The notes beneath the pieces were generated by a model. That model was not told where the DNA came from and ran no database searches. It worked only from the letters and a program-made list of their open reading frames with translations. Below, one piece after another: positions 12,066-25,204 of a DNA stretch of 64,000 bases (position 1 is the first letter of the stretch; every line of letters begins with the position of its first letter). The position numbers and the translations under genes are program-made. Origin of the DNA: Octopus vulgaris (Eukaryota); the NCBI GenBank assembly GCA_951406725.2, contig OX597826.1:744001-808000 (forward strand), written 5' to 3'.

Positions 12066-12605
12066 CTTGCCCTGATGCAATATCAGGCAGTGGCTCTCGT
12101 GGCTTCTGATCTTAACTGATTGGAAGTGTTATCATGTACATTGTTTTGTCTTGGTACAAACGTTGGTCTACAGCAAATATTCTGCTCAATACCACAGATT
12201 TGCTTGTCAGTTGTTTGACCTTAACCAGTTGAGCATGTCCCTTGGTGGCTGACGATATGTGCATCTCTGATCACAAGCAGAAGTAGTGGGGAGCATCATA
12301 GCTATGTGTTGAGAGGGATTCTTTGGGGTTTGAAACATGGGTGTTTCGTTCAACATCCTTAAACAACCTTTATTCGGGGACCTTTTGAGTGGGATGGGTT
12401 ACTCGACCAGAAGAACATTCTAACTGGGCCCAACCGGCAAGGTCATGCGCTGTTTATTTTGATATGAGATCACCACGTCGCGCACATATAGCTGTGATGC
12501 ATGTGCCTGGTGTACCCTTATCAGACGGGTCATCATAATGGGTATACTGGGCTTCGTATATTTTACCCCAGTGTCACTTTAATGGCATGCACTCTCTCTC
12601 ACTCA
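12066..12605 (+). mobile_element. About 540-bp non-autonomous interspersed repeat embedded in (TAA)n
   Basis: Reverse complement of 38551-39009, with a fragment at 21670-21830. Flanked by TAA repeats. Confidence 0.8.
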
Positions 12606-13561
12606 GTAATAATTATAATACTTTATATTTTCTGGCCCTCGACCAGCAGTTTTGAGAAGAGACTACTTAATACCATTGTCTCACATAGTTGATTGATGCT
12701 TTATTTTATCGACATCAAAAGGATGAAAGACAAAAGTGGATCTAGGTGGAATGTGAACTCAGAGCGTAAAGAGCCGGAAGAAAAACCACTAAGCATTTTT
12801 TCCGTCGCGTTAACAAATCTGCCGCCTTGCCTTCTTGGATTGTGAAATGAAAACATTAATGTTACATCAGTAGTAAAAGTGAAGGCGCGTGGCCTAATGG
12901 TTAGGATGTTACACGGACGATCGCCAAGTTATGTTTTCGATTCAGGGCACTGCGTGTTATGTTCTTGAGCAAAACATTTCATTTCTATTTGCTCTAGTTT
13001 TGTGTGGGGACCAGCACGCCCAAAAACAGACCCACGTTTTCTTTGCATGTCGTGAAAGGCGACTAATAGAGGTTGAAATAGGATTTGCACTCTGACCGCG
13101 AAAAACCCTCACCAGTAACGAATACCCAAACAGTTTGGAGAGTTGTCATCTCAATCGTGCAAAGATGTCATCCGCCAAGAACAGTAGGCAATCACCAACA
13201 AATGGTGGATGCAGCGAAGGGCTATTACAGCGCATGCCCCCATACAAGTAGTTGTTGTTGTTGTTGTTGTTGTAAAATATCAGACGCAAGATCCATTCTT
13301 CGTACATTTCGTGTATTAAATTCACAGAACGAATTCCCTTCTTAGTCTTGGATTGAATGATTTTTTTAAAAAATATCTTTTCTAACGTTAGTCATATAAT
13401 TTTGTGTAAAGACGTTGAATTGGTACAGTGTTGATATGACTCAAGTTCTGTTAGTTTATTTCCATGTGAATCCAATTGCCGATGAGGGTGACCATTGGAA
13501 ATCCGTTGATTGTACAAAGTAATGACCAATAAAATTTCACGAGTATTACTTCTACATTCAT

Positions 13562-13630
<69 letters not shown>

Positions 13631-14150
13631 TTTGGGCTTGATTTGTTGATATTTATTATATGTGAAAGGCTACTTTTTGGAGAGTGTGAAACCTATTGGC
13701 ACAGCCGTTTTAGCGTCGCTGATTCAACGCTGATTTATTTGACATCAGCCGTTTTATTGTTTCTCTCGTTCTCTCTTTGTCCTCTGTCTTCAGTCTGTCT
13801 GCCGTTCTCTTTCTTACTATCGCTCTCTTTCGCTTTCTCACTCTCTCCCTCCCTCTCCCCCTCTCTCTCTCTCACTTCTCTTCTTTCCCTCAATATCTTT
13901 AATATGTGTATATTTCTGCACGCGTATGTGTGTGAGTGTGTGTGTGTGTATGTCTGTCTATTTGCCTCCAGGACCAAGATCTACTGTTGGTAAAACAAGC
14001 TGAATGCTCAGTCGGCCGTGCTAAATCATCAGCGTCCAAACAGCTGCACCCAATCTTCTAATTCTGCTAACCGGAGGATTCAGTTAATGGCTTATAGTAT
14101 TCAATGCCTCCAGTGTTTTTTTTTTTTTTTTAACACCATCTGTTGTTTCT

Positions 14151-14347
14151 TTATCGTTAAAGAGGACCCGGTGTTCTCTTGTTAAATGCCGGCCCCATTC
14201 TCTTGATGTTATCTCGTTAAATGTCCCTTGGAATCAACTCGTTAAATACACCCTGGAATCATCTCGTAAAATACCTCCTGGTACTATCTCGTTAAATATT
14301 CCCAGTTGTTTTGTCGCTTAATGCGTTCAGGTGTTCTCTAGTTAAAC
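14151..14347. repeat. Degenerate 25-bp minisatellite, about 8 units, core TCTCGTTAAAT
   Basis: gttaa-like cores at 14156, 14181, 14216, 14241, 14266, 14291, 14316 and 14341. Confidence 0.75.
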
Positions 14348-14979
14348 GCATTTTTCTTATAATTACCTTCTTTGAAAGGCGTCCTATCACCTTTGCTGCA
14401 ATAAAATAATTGATCATTATTTTATTACAGTGTCATATACCTATGGGGTAGATAAGCTAAAATAAAATAGTTAATTACCAAGGTCGATACCTTCACTACA
14501 AAATATGATAGAAATCCTTATTAGAACTAAATAATCCTGAATGAGCCTTAACATTTACTAATTTGAAATTTTTCTTCCCTTACAGTCAGAGGTTATATTT
14601 TTACAGCAAAAATAAATGTATCTTTTAGACATATTGTATGTATGTAAATAATGTGTGTGTGTGTGTTTGTGTGTGTTTTATATTAAAACTGTATACTCCC
14701 TCCCGGTGAAAAGTGGTAGGAATCATCCATTACAAATATACCAGTAACCGGTTGTCAAGAGAGGGTTGAGAGTCAAAGAGTTGAGAGTCGACAGTTCTAG
14801 TCGGTGTCTTGTGGAGCTATCAGCAATAGTAAGACAAGAAGTTAGTGTAGTACTATTCCGGTACGAATAAGTACAACGGTATCTGATGGCTAGTAACTTT
14901 TGTGGCTACTAGCGTCAAACAGCAACTACAGTACAACGGCAGTCACTCATCAGACCAATGGGAGGAACCCATTTTCAAC

Positions 14980-16672
14980 AAATTTACGCGAAGTGAAAAA
15001 AGCGTTCATGCAGAGTGTTTAAACTAATTAAACTAATTAAAAACCTCGACAAAAAAGAAACAAAAAGTTTGTTGTGCAAACTTACGAAAATCGTAAAATA
15101 TGGAAGACTTGTTAGCTGGGGTAGTTGAGTTGCAAAAACACCAACAACAACTCAAGGAAGAACAAGAAGAACAACAAGGATTGCAGCAGTAAATGTTACA
15201 TCTAATGGAGTTGATAACCAAACCGGAGAATACATTTTCGCCTGACCATGTAGTAAATTCTGTAAGCGAATTCAAATGTGACCTCGAAGAAATAACTTAC
15301 GAATATTTCAACAATCTTTTGTAAAAGAATGTCAAGATTGGATGGACGAAATGAAAATGCATCTAGTTTAAAGAAAACTAGCGACAGGAGAGTATGAAAA
15401 GTATAGTAACTTCATAATGCCAAAAACAAGCGTCCGATATAATTTTCACCGACACAGTTGACATTTTGTGCAAAATGTTTAGTAAAAAGAGCTCACTGTT
15501 TAATACCAGATGGAAATGTTTAAACTTAGAAAAGAACGAAGATGAAGACTCCACTACTTAAGGCATAACACAGAAGAAATTCAACGAAAGGAATATTTTC
15601 ACATAAGACCAGTGCAAAAAAGTCGGAAGACAAAATGTTGCAAGGATATCAGAAAAAATATCGGGATGTAGACCCATGTATGGCATGTGGTGGGATGCAC
15701 CTGAAAAAAGGATTGTCCGTATAAAAAAGCAAAGTATTTTCGTTGCGGGTTTACATGACGTATAAAATCGCACTGCAAAACTAGAATGATAGGAAAATGG
15801 AACAAACAAGAAAAATAAAAAATCTCTCAGTAGGAAAAGTTGTGACTACAACAAAGAGAAAATTCGTGAATGTAAGAATTGAAACCACGGATACACGGGG
15901 AGTGACATCAAAAGCATAAATGAGAAAACATGGGAACAAATGGATAAACCGAAATTATACAGTCCAAGCAAAATAGCGTGTGGTGTTACGGGAAGGAAAT
16001 TATATTTCACGGGCGAACGCGTTTGTAATATAATGTTCAAAGGTCGAACCAAAAACGTGAGGGTTTATGTGTTGAAAAAATCCATGAATTTACTTGGCAC
16101 CGAATGTATGGAGAAATTTAATTTATGGGATACGCCTATAAGTGTTTTGTGCAACAACGTAAACGGAGCAGTCAAACGATCGAACGAGGTCGATGAACTG
16201 AGGCAAAAATGAAAGAAACTTTCCCAAAAGTTTTTCGGGAGGTTTAAGCTATTGCACAAAAACAAAAGCAAGGATTGCTCTCAAAGAAAATTCAACACCT
16301 ATTTTCAAGACCAAACGGAACGTGTCGTTTGCGGAGTAGACCAGGTCAATAAAGAACTACAAAGGTTGGAAAGCCTGAATATAATTGAAAGGATTGGCCA
16401 AAAGTGTGCGCAGACTTCTCAACCGGATTAAACGACTGTTTACTCACACACAATTACTCACTACCAAGCCCAGAAGAAGTATTTGCTAAACTAAACGGAG
16501 AGAAAATTTTCTCGAAGTTAGACCTCTCAGCAGCGTACCTTCAAATTCAGTTAGAGGAAGATTGTACACATCTACTAACAATCAATACGCACCGTGGATT
16601 GCACACGTTCAAACGACTGCCGTTTGGAGTAAAAGTGGCACCGCCATATTCCAACAAATAATGGATGCGATG
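14980..16672 (+). mobile_element. Decayed Ty3/Gypsy LTR retrotransposon (gag, protease, 5' RT; K02A2.6-like)
   Basis: Coiled-coil gag start MEDLLAGVVELQK (about 15100), protease DTGSD (about 15890), and RT CADFSTGLN...FSKLDL..AYLQ...RLPFGVK (16404-16661). Many stops and frameshifts. Confidence 0.85.
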
Positions 16673-17317
16673 TTACCCTGCATCGTTATATGTTTTATTG
16701 TTACTACACGGTTATAGTGTAAAAAAATATCGTCATAACAATTGGCGATACAACAAAGGTATATTTAGGTATAAAGCCAGCAATTTTAAGTGGAGGGAGC
16801 AGTTTAGTCGATGCCGTTGACATTTGCATTTGATTACGGCTTTATTTAATCGATCCCAAAGGGATAAAAGGCAAAGTTAACCTCGGGTTGAGGGGAGGAT
16901 TTTAAACTTTGAACGTAAAGAGTGGAAACAAATACGGCAAGGCTCTAATAATTCAATTTGAAACAGCAACAACGCCCCTAACCCTTCTAAAATACACCCT
17001 ACTTAAAATAAGGCATAGAATATTTTGGTTATGTAGTTCTACATACACTAAACCACACCCTATTATCTTAAGAAAAGTCCACTACGACACTTGATTAGTG
17101 CTAGAGAAACGGTGACTGAATAATAGAAAGACAATGTGGCGGGATTTGTGATTACCGTAAAAGAAACCCGTTGATCGTAGATCTTCTTGAAAAAGACTGT
17201 CCTCTGCTTAATCACTCACAAGGATTTATAATGCTTCAGTATATTACATAGTGTTTTCTGTTTTTGCTCGGTCAAAAGATGAATATTTCATTTTCTTGTC
17301 TCTCTCTCTCTCTCTCT

Positions 17318-17372
<55 letters not shown>

Positions 17373-17607
17373 TTCCCTCTTTCACTCCCACCTTGTCCCT
17401 TTTTTCTCCCCCACTTTCCTTCTTTGTTTCCCACCTCCATTTTGTTTTGGAATTACTTTCAAAAATGTGTTTGCGACAAAGACAACTACATAAACAACAC
17501 GAGACATGTTATCTTTCAATGAAAGGGTGGAGCAAATTTAGTTATTATCATGACACAGTTCTGTATGTCTCAGTCTCTCCTTCTCTGCTTCACTGTCACG
17601 CACACAC

Positions 17608-17678
<71 letters not shown>

Positions 17679-18049
17679 GCATAACTACATATGCGTGTGT
17701 GAGTGTGTACATATATATATATATTCATATATATATTTATGTGTATATGTACATATACATATGTATTTCATACGTATGTGTGTGTATTTGTGTATACATG
17801 TATACAAACACACACACACACACACACATATACATACATACATTGATATGTGTGTGTGTGTGCATGCGAGTGTATGTATCTGTGCGCTATGTATGGGTGC
17901 GTGTTTGCGTGCGGTTTTTTTGCGTGTGAGCGTGTCCTACTTGTAAATCTAATTGCTTTTGGACATACATTTTTAATATGCATCAGTAATGACTTTCTCA
18001 CTGGTAATGCCTTTCCTGTATATTGCACAAATGTAAAAACATTAACGGC

Positions 18050-18663
18050 CGAAGACAGTGAATAGGGAAAGGAGAAACACCGGCACCCCAGACTAAAGAA
18101 GGTCTTCACCTACGTAAGATGTTTTTATCTGTTTGGTGGGATATGAAAGATTTAGTCCACTTTGAGCTTTTAAACCCAAACCGAACGATAACATAGGAGA
18201 TCTACTGCCAGCAACTTTAGTCGCTTAAGCCAGCGCTTGAAGGAAAAAAAATCACTATCTTTGGTTTCAAGACAAAAGGTGTTCTTCCATCAAGATAATG
18301 CTCGCCCACATACAGTGAGGATGATATTCCAAAGGCTGGAGCAGTTCGAATGGGAAACGATGCCCCACCCACCATATTCGCCGAACATTGCCCAATCTGA
18401 TTATCATTTATTCCGCAGTCTTCAGAATCATTTGGACGGAAAAAATACGAACTATGTAGATGAGGTCACAACAGTAGTGGAGGAATATTTTTCATCACGG
18501 CAAAGCGAATTTTGGAAGAAGGGCCTTGCAAGTTTCCAGATAGATCGAAGCGCATTGTAGAAAATAAAGGAGAGTATATTTTAGATTTAAAAAGAATTCT
18601 GTTTATCTTTATTTTGGAAAATAAAAGTATAAAAAACCGCATTATTTATGGGATGACGCAATA
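18050..18663 (+). mobile_element. Mariner (DD34D) transposon 3' remnant with right TIR
   Basis: FHQDNARPH, HPPYSPN and SDYHLFRSL in ORF 18237-18560. TIR-like end ccgcattatttatgggatgacgcaata. Confidence 0.88.
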
Positions 18664-19113
18664 TGTATTCTGATTTTTTTGTGTCTTTGAATTTTATTTA
18701 AGCTCTCAAGAGAGTTCAAGTCGGTCGCTAACAAAACAGCAAGACATTTTGAGTTGAGTTCCCGATGTATGTATGTATGTATGTATGTATGTATGTATGT
18801 ATGTATGTATGTTTGTATGTATGTATGTATGTATGTATGTATGTATGTATGTATGTATGTATGTATGTATGTTTGTATGTATGTATGTATGTATGTTTGT
18901 ATGTATGTATGTTTGTATATATGTATGTATGTACGTATGCATGTATGTATGCTTGTATATGTATCATGTGTCGTGTATATATTTGCGTGTGTGCATATAT
19001 ATGTACGTATGAATGATACATGCACGTAGCTAGACGTGTGTGTAAAAGTTGGAAGGATTAACAACTAGGGGCTGTTAAGGATACAGAGAACAATGAAGGA
19101 AAAGAAAGAAATA

Positions 19114-19164
<51 letters not shown>

Positions 19165-19706
19165 GAGGAAAGAAAGAAAGAAAGAAATCTAGAGGGGGAA
19201 ACAGATGTGTATAAAGTGTTGTTGATGGGGTTATGAGGAAACTTTTCAAAGAGCGAACAGTTGTGAAGGAGGTGAAACGTTGCTGTTCCAGTTTCCTAAC
19301 CGCATAAAACTTCAACTTTTGCTCATTCATTACTGCTTTGTTGCCTCACTGGTGGGAGAAATGGTATTCAGTGGTGGTAGTGGTGGTGATGGTGGCAGTG
19401 GTAGTGATAATGGTGGTGGAGGTGGTGGTGGTGGTGTTTTGGTAGTTGTTGAGTGTTTTGATGGTGGTGGTGGTGGTGGTGGTGGTGGTGGTGGTGGTGG
19501 TGGAGGTGGTGGTGGTGGTGGTGGAGGTGGTGGTGGTGGTGGTGGTGGTGGTGGTGGTGTATCAGGATGTGTGAAAGGGTGCAGCTAAGCAGTTACTGCT
19601 GCTAGATAATTACCACTGCTAAGAGGATTAAAGTAACAATCACGGATGACTTAAGATGTTCTCGGCCGGCGGTGGTTCATGTTGTTCTCATTACACACAC
19701 ACGCAG

Positions 19707-19738
<32 letters not shown>

Positions 19739-19908
19739 ATACACAATCATACACATCACACACCCATACATATACACTTATATTCATACGTACATGCACG
19801 CATACGCATACACATATACTCAAACACGCACATACTCTAATAAGCACATGTCAAAACACACACACACATATATATATATAGATACACACACATGTATGTA
19901 TGTATGTG

Positions 19909-19962
<54 letters not shown>

Positions 19963-20002
19963 TACATACATACATGTGTGTGTATCTATATCTATCTATA
20001 TA

Positions 20003-20060
<58 letters not shown>

Positions 20061-20107
20061 TATACACACACATGTATGCATGCTTGTATACATACACGCA
20101 CACACAT

Positions 20108-20222
<115 letters not shown>

Positions 20223-21342
20223 TGCATTCTTTCATATATGCACAGATAGTTAAAGAAATATACTCACGTATATATACATACACAGACGCAGGCAGAGGAA
20301 TGTATGTGTGTGCGCGTATATCAGACAAGGAATGCTGCTCAAAGAGCTGCCTTCCAAGTCTTCATGTATGTAAACTTGGTCAAGGGATGCATTTCGACAC
20401 TTGGAAGTTAAAAGATGTTGCCGAAGGGATATGATACGACATTCAAAAGCACCTTGGATCAATGTTAAGTCTCTGCCGCCTTGTTTTCGTTTCAGGTAGA
20501 GACGTTCTACGTCACTGTTTATGTGGAAATTATATGTGCTTGTATTTTCCGGGTTTTCACATCAATGGCTCGGATCTCATCAAGCGTTCAATCAAGCAAC
20601 CCAAATGTATGTATATATGTATGTATGTATGTATTATGTATGTATGTATGTATGTATGTATATATGTATGTATGCATGTATGTATGTATGCATGTATGTA
20701 TATATGTATGTATGTATGTATGTGTGTATATATGTATGTATGTATGCATGTATGTATGTATGTATGCATGTATGTATGTATGTATGTATGTATGTATATA
20801 TGTATGTATGCATGCACGTATGTATGTATGTATGTATGTATGTATGTATGTATGTATGTATGTATGTATGCATGCATGCATTATGTATGTATGTATGTAT
20901 GTATATGTGTATATATGTATGTGACTTTGTATAAGTGTGTGTCCCTTCCACCGCTTCACGATTGGTGTTGGTTTGTTTATGTTCCTCTAACGTAGTGGTC
21001 CGGCAAAAGAGACTTTAAAAAGAATAAGTACTGGGATGGATCTGTTCGACGAAACCCTTCAAACTCTTCGATAAAACATGCCTCAATAAAACATCAACCA
21101 GTGGTTCCCAAAATTTTTCGGGATATCACCCCACTTGGCACTCGGGCCACATTCCTAGCGTACCCCCCACACACACACAAACACACACACACATACACAC
21201 ACACCACCAGATACGTAAACCACTTTCTGCAGCAACTTCGAAGCAAATGGATTTCACAAATGAAACTTAACCTAATTACCCCATTATTTTGTTGTTTATA
21301 CATCCATTGCCCCAAACCCTTTGGCCACAGCTTTGCTTTCAA

Positions 21343-21516
21343 CGAATATTTTCTCGTGTATAAATCTCACTCGTAAATAAATCGCACCTCTAATTTAGTA
21401 TTAAATCTTGGTACAACATTTTCCCCCTCATAGTTTTAGTTTTTCCTAGTGTATAAGTCGCACTCAGTTAAAATCAAGCACAAAATAATACAACTTATAC
21501 ACGAGTAAACACGGTA
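21343..21516. mobile_element. Tc1/pogo-type MITE
   Basis: Inverted ends tattttctcgtgtataa / ttatacacgagtaaacacggta and internal tataagtcgcac subrepeats. Confidence 0.55.
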
Positions 21517-22821
21517 AATTAAGTAATATTTTACAAAAGGACAAATAGCACTGTGTAACACGACTTTTGTCCTTGGGTAGCAACTGTTATCTCTTATTTG
21601 CTTTGACCCTAGAAAGTATGAAAAACGGCTAATATTTCTTTCAAATTTTGCTTTTGTTACATGTATTCAATTCCCAAAGAATCTCTCTCAACACATGGTT
21701 ATGATGCTCCCCCACTACTCCTGCTCATGATCAGAGATGCACATATTATCAACCACTAAGGACATACTCAAGTGGTTATGGTCAAGCAACTGACAAGCAA
21801 ATATTTGGCATCGGGTAGAATATTTGCTATAACGATATTTCTGCTTCAGCAACTCAACACTGAATCTGTCTGAAATGTAATGGAAAATGAGTCAGTTTCA
21901 AAATATTGATGTCCAGGTCACAAAAGCAAAGTTTGAAGGGAATAGTAGTCATTTCCTTTGATTTCTAGATAGAAGCAAATAGGAAATAACACTTACTGAT
22001 CAAAGAAAAATAACTAAAGTGTTGCTACGCAGTTTAATACAGCATCAACAAACGATTTGTTACAAAACCCAATCGCCATTTTGATTCATCCGTCATACGA
22101 CATATCAAGAAGACAACGTATCTCTTTAGAAAGCTGTAGTCGCAGTGGTTCAATGCAAACAACAAAGAACAATCGTCTGTTTACTCTCCAGGTGTCTAAT
22201 CTTTACCAGTGACACTGTCCAGCTGACTATAACGTTATGTAATTCTATCTCCTCATGACTGAGATTCAAATAGTTTACTTTCTTGCTTAGAATGTCGAAA
22301 ACAAACGATCAACGAGAAAGCTGTTAGCTGCCACTCTGTACGATAACGATTTGTCTTGTCTCATTTTTATTAACTGCTTTTCTTAAATTTCATATATCTT
22401 GTCTGCTTTATCTATTGTATTAAAAACACTTTATCTTGCCAAATAGACTTTTAGAATGTGAGAATAAAAGGATTCTCTACCTTTTCTTTTTATTATTCTA
22501 TGTCTTTTTATTGGTTTTCACGTTCATTCACCTAATTTCTTCCTCCTTATCTGTCTTTCACTATGCTCTCATCTCAAACATGTTTTAACACTGCTTATCA
22601 ATTTGTCTGTCTAGCTGTCTGTCTTTCAACCTGTTTGTCTATCTCTTCATCTCTCTCTCTCTCTCTCTCTAAAGTATCGTCGTAAACACGATTAGACTCA
22701 TTTATTATTAAATACGATAAATAATATGAGCTATTTACATATTTTGGGACTATTGAAACAAATTTGTCGTTATAATTCGGTGTTTATTATGAAATAAAGT
22801 TCATCATAATATTTCTCCATC

Positions 22822-22869
<48 letters not shown>

Positions 22870-22874
22870 ATGGT

Positions 22875-23032
22875 TTCTTTCAATTTCCGTCTATTAAATC
22901 CACTCACAATGCTTTGGGCGACCCGGCGCTATTGTAAAAGACATTTGTCCAATGTATCATGCAGTAGGACTGAACCCGAAACCGCGTGATTGCAAAGCAA
23001 GCTTCTTAAACAGAACGCCATGCCAGTGCCTA
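22875..23032 (-). mobile_element. tRNA-derived SINE (family B) 5' part
   Basis: Reverse complement of the head shared with 23943-24100 and 29862-30250. Confidence 0.7.
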
Positions 23033-23734
23033 CATGTACATACACAGAGCAAAAAAGGGATCCGTGGAAACTGGTGGTGTTTTGTACAAGTAAAATTATA
23101 TGATAATTTTTGTCATTTAAAGTAGAAATACATGTATACCAATGACAGTGTGTGTGCGTAAATGTATGTACATTTGGATATAATTATTTCTATGTGAATG
23201 GATGTATGTATCTGTATATGGGCGCAGGCGAATAAATCGATTCCTGTGTGGCAGGCATCATTTAACGACTGATTAAACGAGTATGATGGATACCAGGACA
23301 ACTGAAATTAAATTTTACGAGGAGAGTGGCAGACAAGTTGGTATCACGCTGGAAGAATATGGAGACCACCAGACCTTTGAAAAAATGCATTTACAGACAA
23401 TAGAGATAACGAATATTTCTGTTCTACATCCTGATATATCAGAGTGTTAATCTATCTTCATATAAAAAAAGAAACATGTTTACGATAGAATACAAAAGAC
23501 GTCATTTTAGATTTGATTTACATTTATACTTTTAACTTTTAATTTCATTAACTTGGTCTATTTGTTTTGTAATTTATATTTTTTAATCTTCTATTGCAAT
23601 AGCATTATTTATAAATTTTATGACTTATGTCTATTTAAATTTATAAGTTACTCAATGCAGAGAGAATGCTAAAAATACAATGCGGCGAAAACGATGAAAA
23701 ACTGAGCGTGATCCAGCAGAGCTAACAAAACCAC

Positions 23735-23868
23735 TCACCTGATGATGGGCCAGGACATATCTGCTGCTGGATCATCTTTAATTATTTATTTAATATTTTA
23801 TATAATAGTATTTGGGGTAAACTCAGCTACTAACAGTTCATACCGTCACACAGAAACAATTGTTGTGA
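23735..23868 (+). ncRNA. Degenerate hammerhead-like motif with long stem II insertion
   Basis: tcac-CTGATGA...GAAACAATTGTT-gtga; same palindromic stem III as the 6841 copy; weak stem II. Confidence 0.45.
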
Positions 23869-23942
23869 TTTGTGATTAAAGCCGGTTCATTCCCTTTTTT
23901 TTTTTATTGATATATGTATACATGTATACATATATATATATA

Positions 23943-24100
23943 AGCGTGGCTGTGTGGTAAGGAGCTTGCTTCCCAACCACATTGTTCTTGGTTCAGTCCC
24001 ACTGCAAAGCATGTTGGGCAAATGCCTTCTACTATAACCCTGGGCTGACCAAAACCTTGAGAGTGAATTTGATAGATGGAAACTGAAAGAAGCCCGTCGT
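23943..24100 (+). mobile_element. tRNA-derived SINE (family B) 5' part
   Basis: gtggctgtgtggtaag...ggttcagtccc (A and B boxes)...ggaaactgaaagaagcccgtcg. Confidence 0.8.
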
Positions 24101-24491
24101 ATATATATATATATAATTAGAACAAAAGCAACAACAGCAAAAACAAAATACAAATTACAAGAATGTATATAACCAGAAGATACAAATATTACAGGCATCC
24201 CCCTCACACACACACTAAATAAACATAGACGCACATAGAGATATAAGCATGCGCAAATGAAGACATACAATAGAAATACAAAATGGCTGACGGTTAGTAA
24301 GGAGAGACACAAGTAAGTGAGAAGAAAACAAAGGACCACTGATGCAGTCACAGGAGTGTGACGAAAGAACTTTGGCCGAAATAAGATTAAGATTAATGTA
24401 AAAAATAAATATCACTGAAGCAAAATAACACCAAATATATAGTGCGTGTGTTTTTATTGGCTAAACTGGCAATATGACCATTCCGAAATAT

Positions 24492-24550
<59 letters not shown>

Positions 24551-24557
<7 letters not shown>

Positions 24558-25180
24558 CCAAGAAAGGGAGAACAAATTTCAAAGGTTAGTGTTCATATTC
24601 ACTCAATATATTTCAAAATGTCGGAATACTCAACAGCATACATAAGTGCATTCATATACACAAGATATAATACAAGAATTTATAAATATATAGATAATAC
24701 GCGCATACAACCTCGCAAGTACATTTATGTAGTATTTTAATAATACTACATAAATGCAGTTGCGAGGTTGTATGTGCGTATTAAAATCAATGAGGATATA
24801 AAAATATGCGGGTGGTGAATGTATAGCGGTAATCCAAATGCATGAGTAAAGTTGATATAAAATGATTTTAAAATGAATTCTAAGCAGGTGCAAAGTCTGA
24901 CGGAAGTTTCGAGAAGATATAGGTTGGTATATTTCTCTCATCAGAGTTGATCTAAAGGATTGATAAAAGAGTTATTTAAATCTTAAAGTTTTAAGCAACA
25001 TGAGAAATATAAGGATTTTTTAAAAGTACATTTATGCATTTCTATGTGCTTATATATTTATAAATTTTTATATTATATCTTGTGTATATGAATGCACTTA
25101 TGTAAGCTGAGGAGCATCCAACGCTTTGAAATATGAATACTGACCTTTGAAATTTGTTCACTCTTTCTTGGTTTCATATT
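24551..25180. repeat. Element with about 140-bp diverged terminal inverted repeats and an internal ~40-bp-arm hairpin, starting at (TA)n
   Basis: 24551-24692 is the reverse complement of 25050-25180; the hairpin lies at 24696-24783. Confidence 0.8.
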
Positions 25181-25204
25181 CCTGAGGGTCTATTAGAGCT
25201 CTAA

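Noticed and set aside
14151-14347. CRISPR-like appearance of the 25-bp array
   Set aside because: The core is only about 10 bp, spacers are mutually similar, there are no cas genes and the context is eukaryotic
19280-19588. Poly-Gly ORF
   Set aside because: (GGT)n microsatellite
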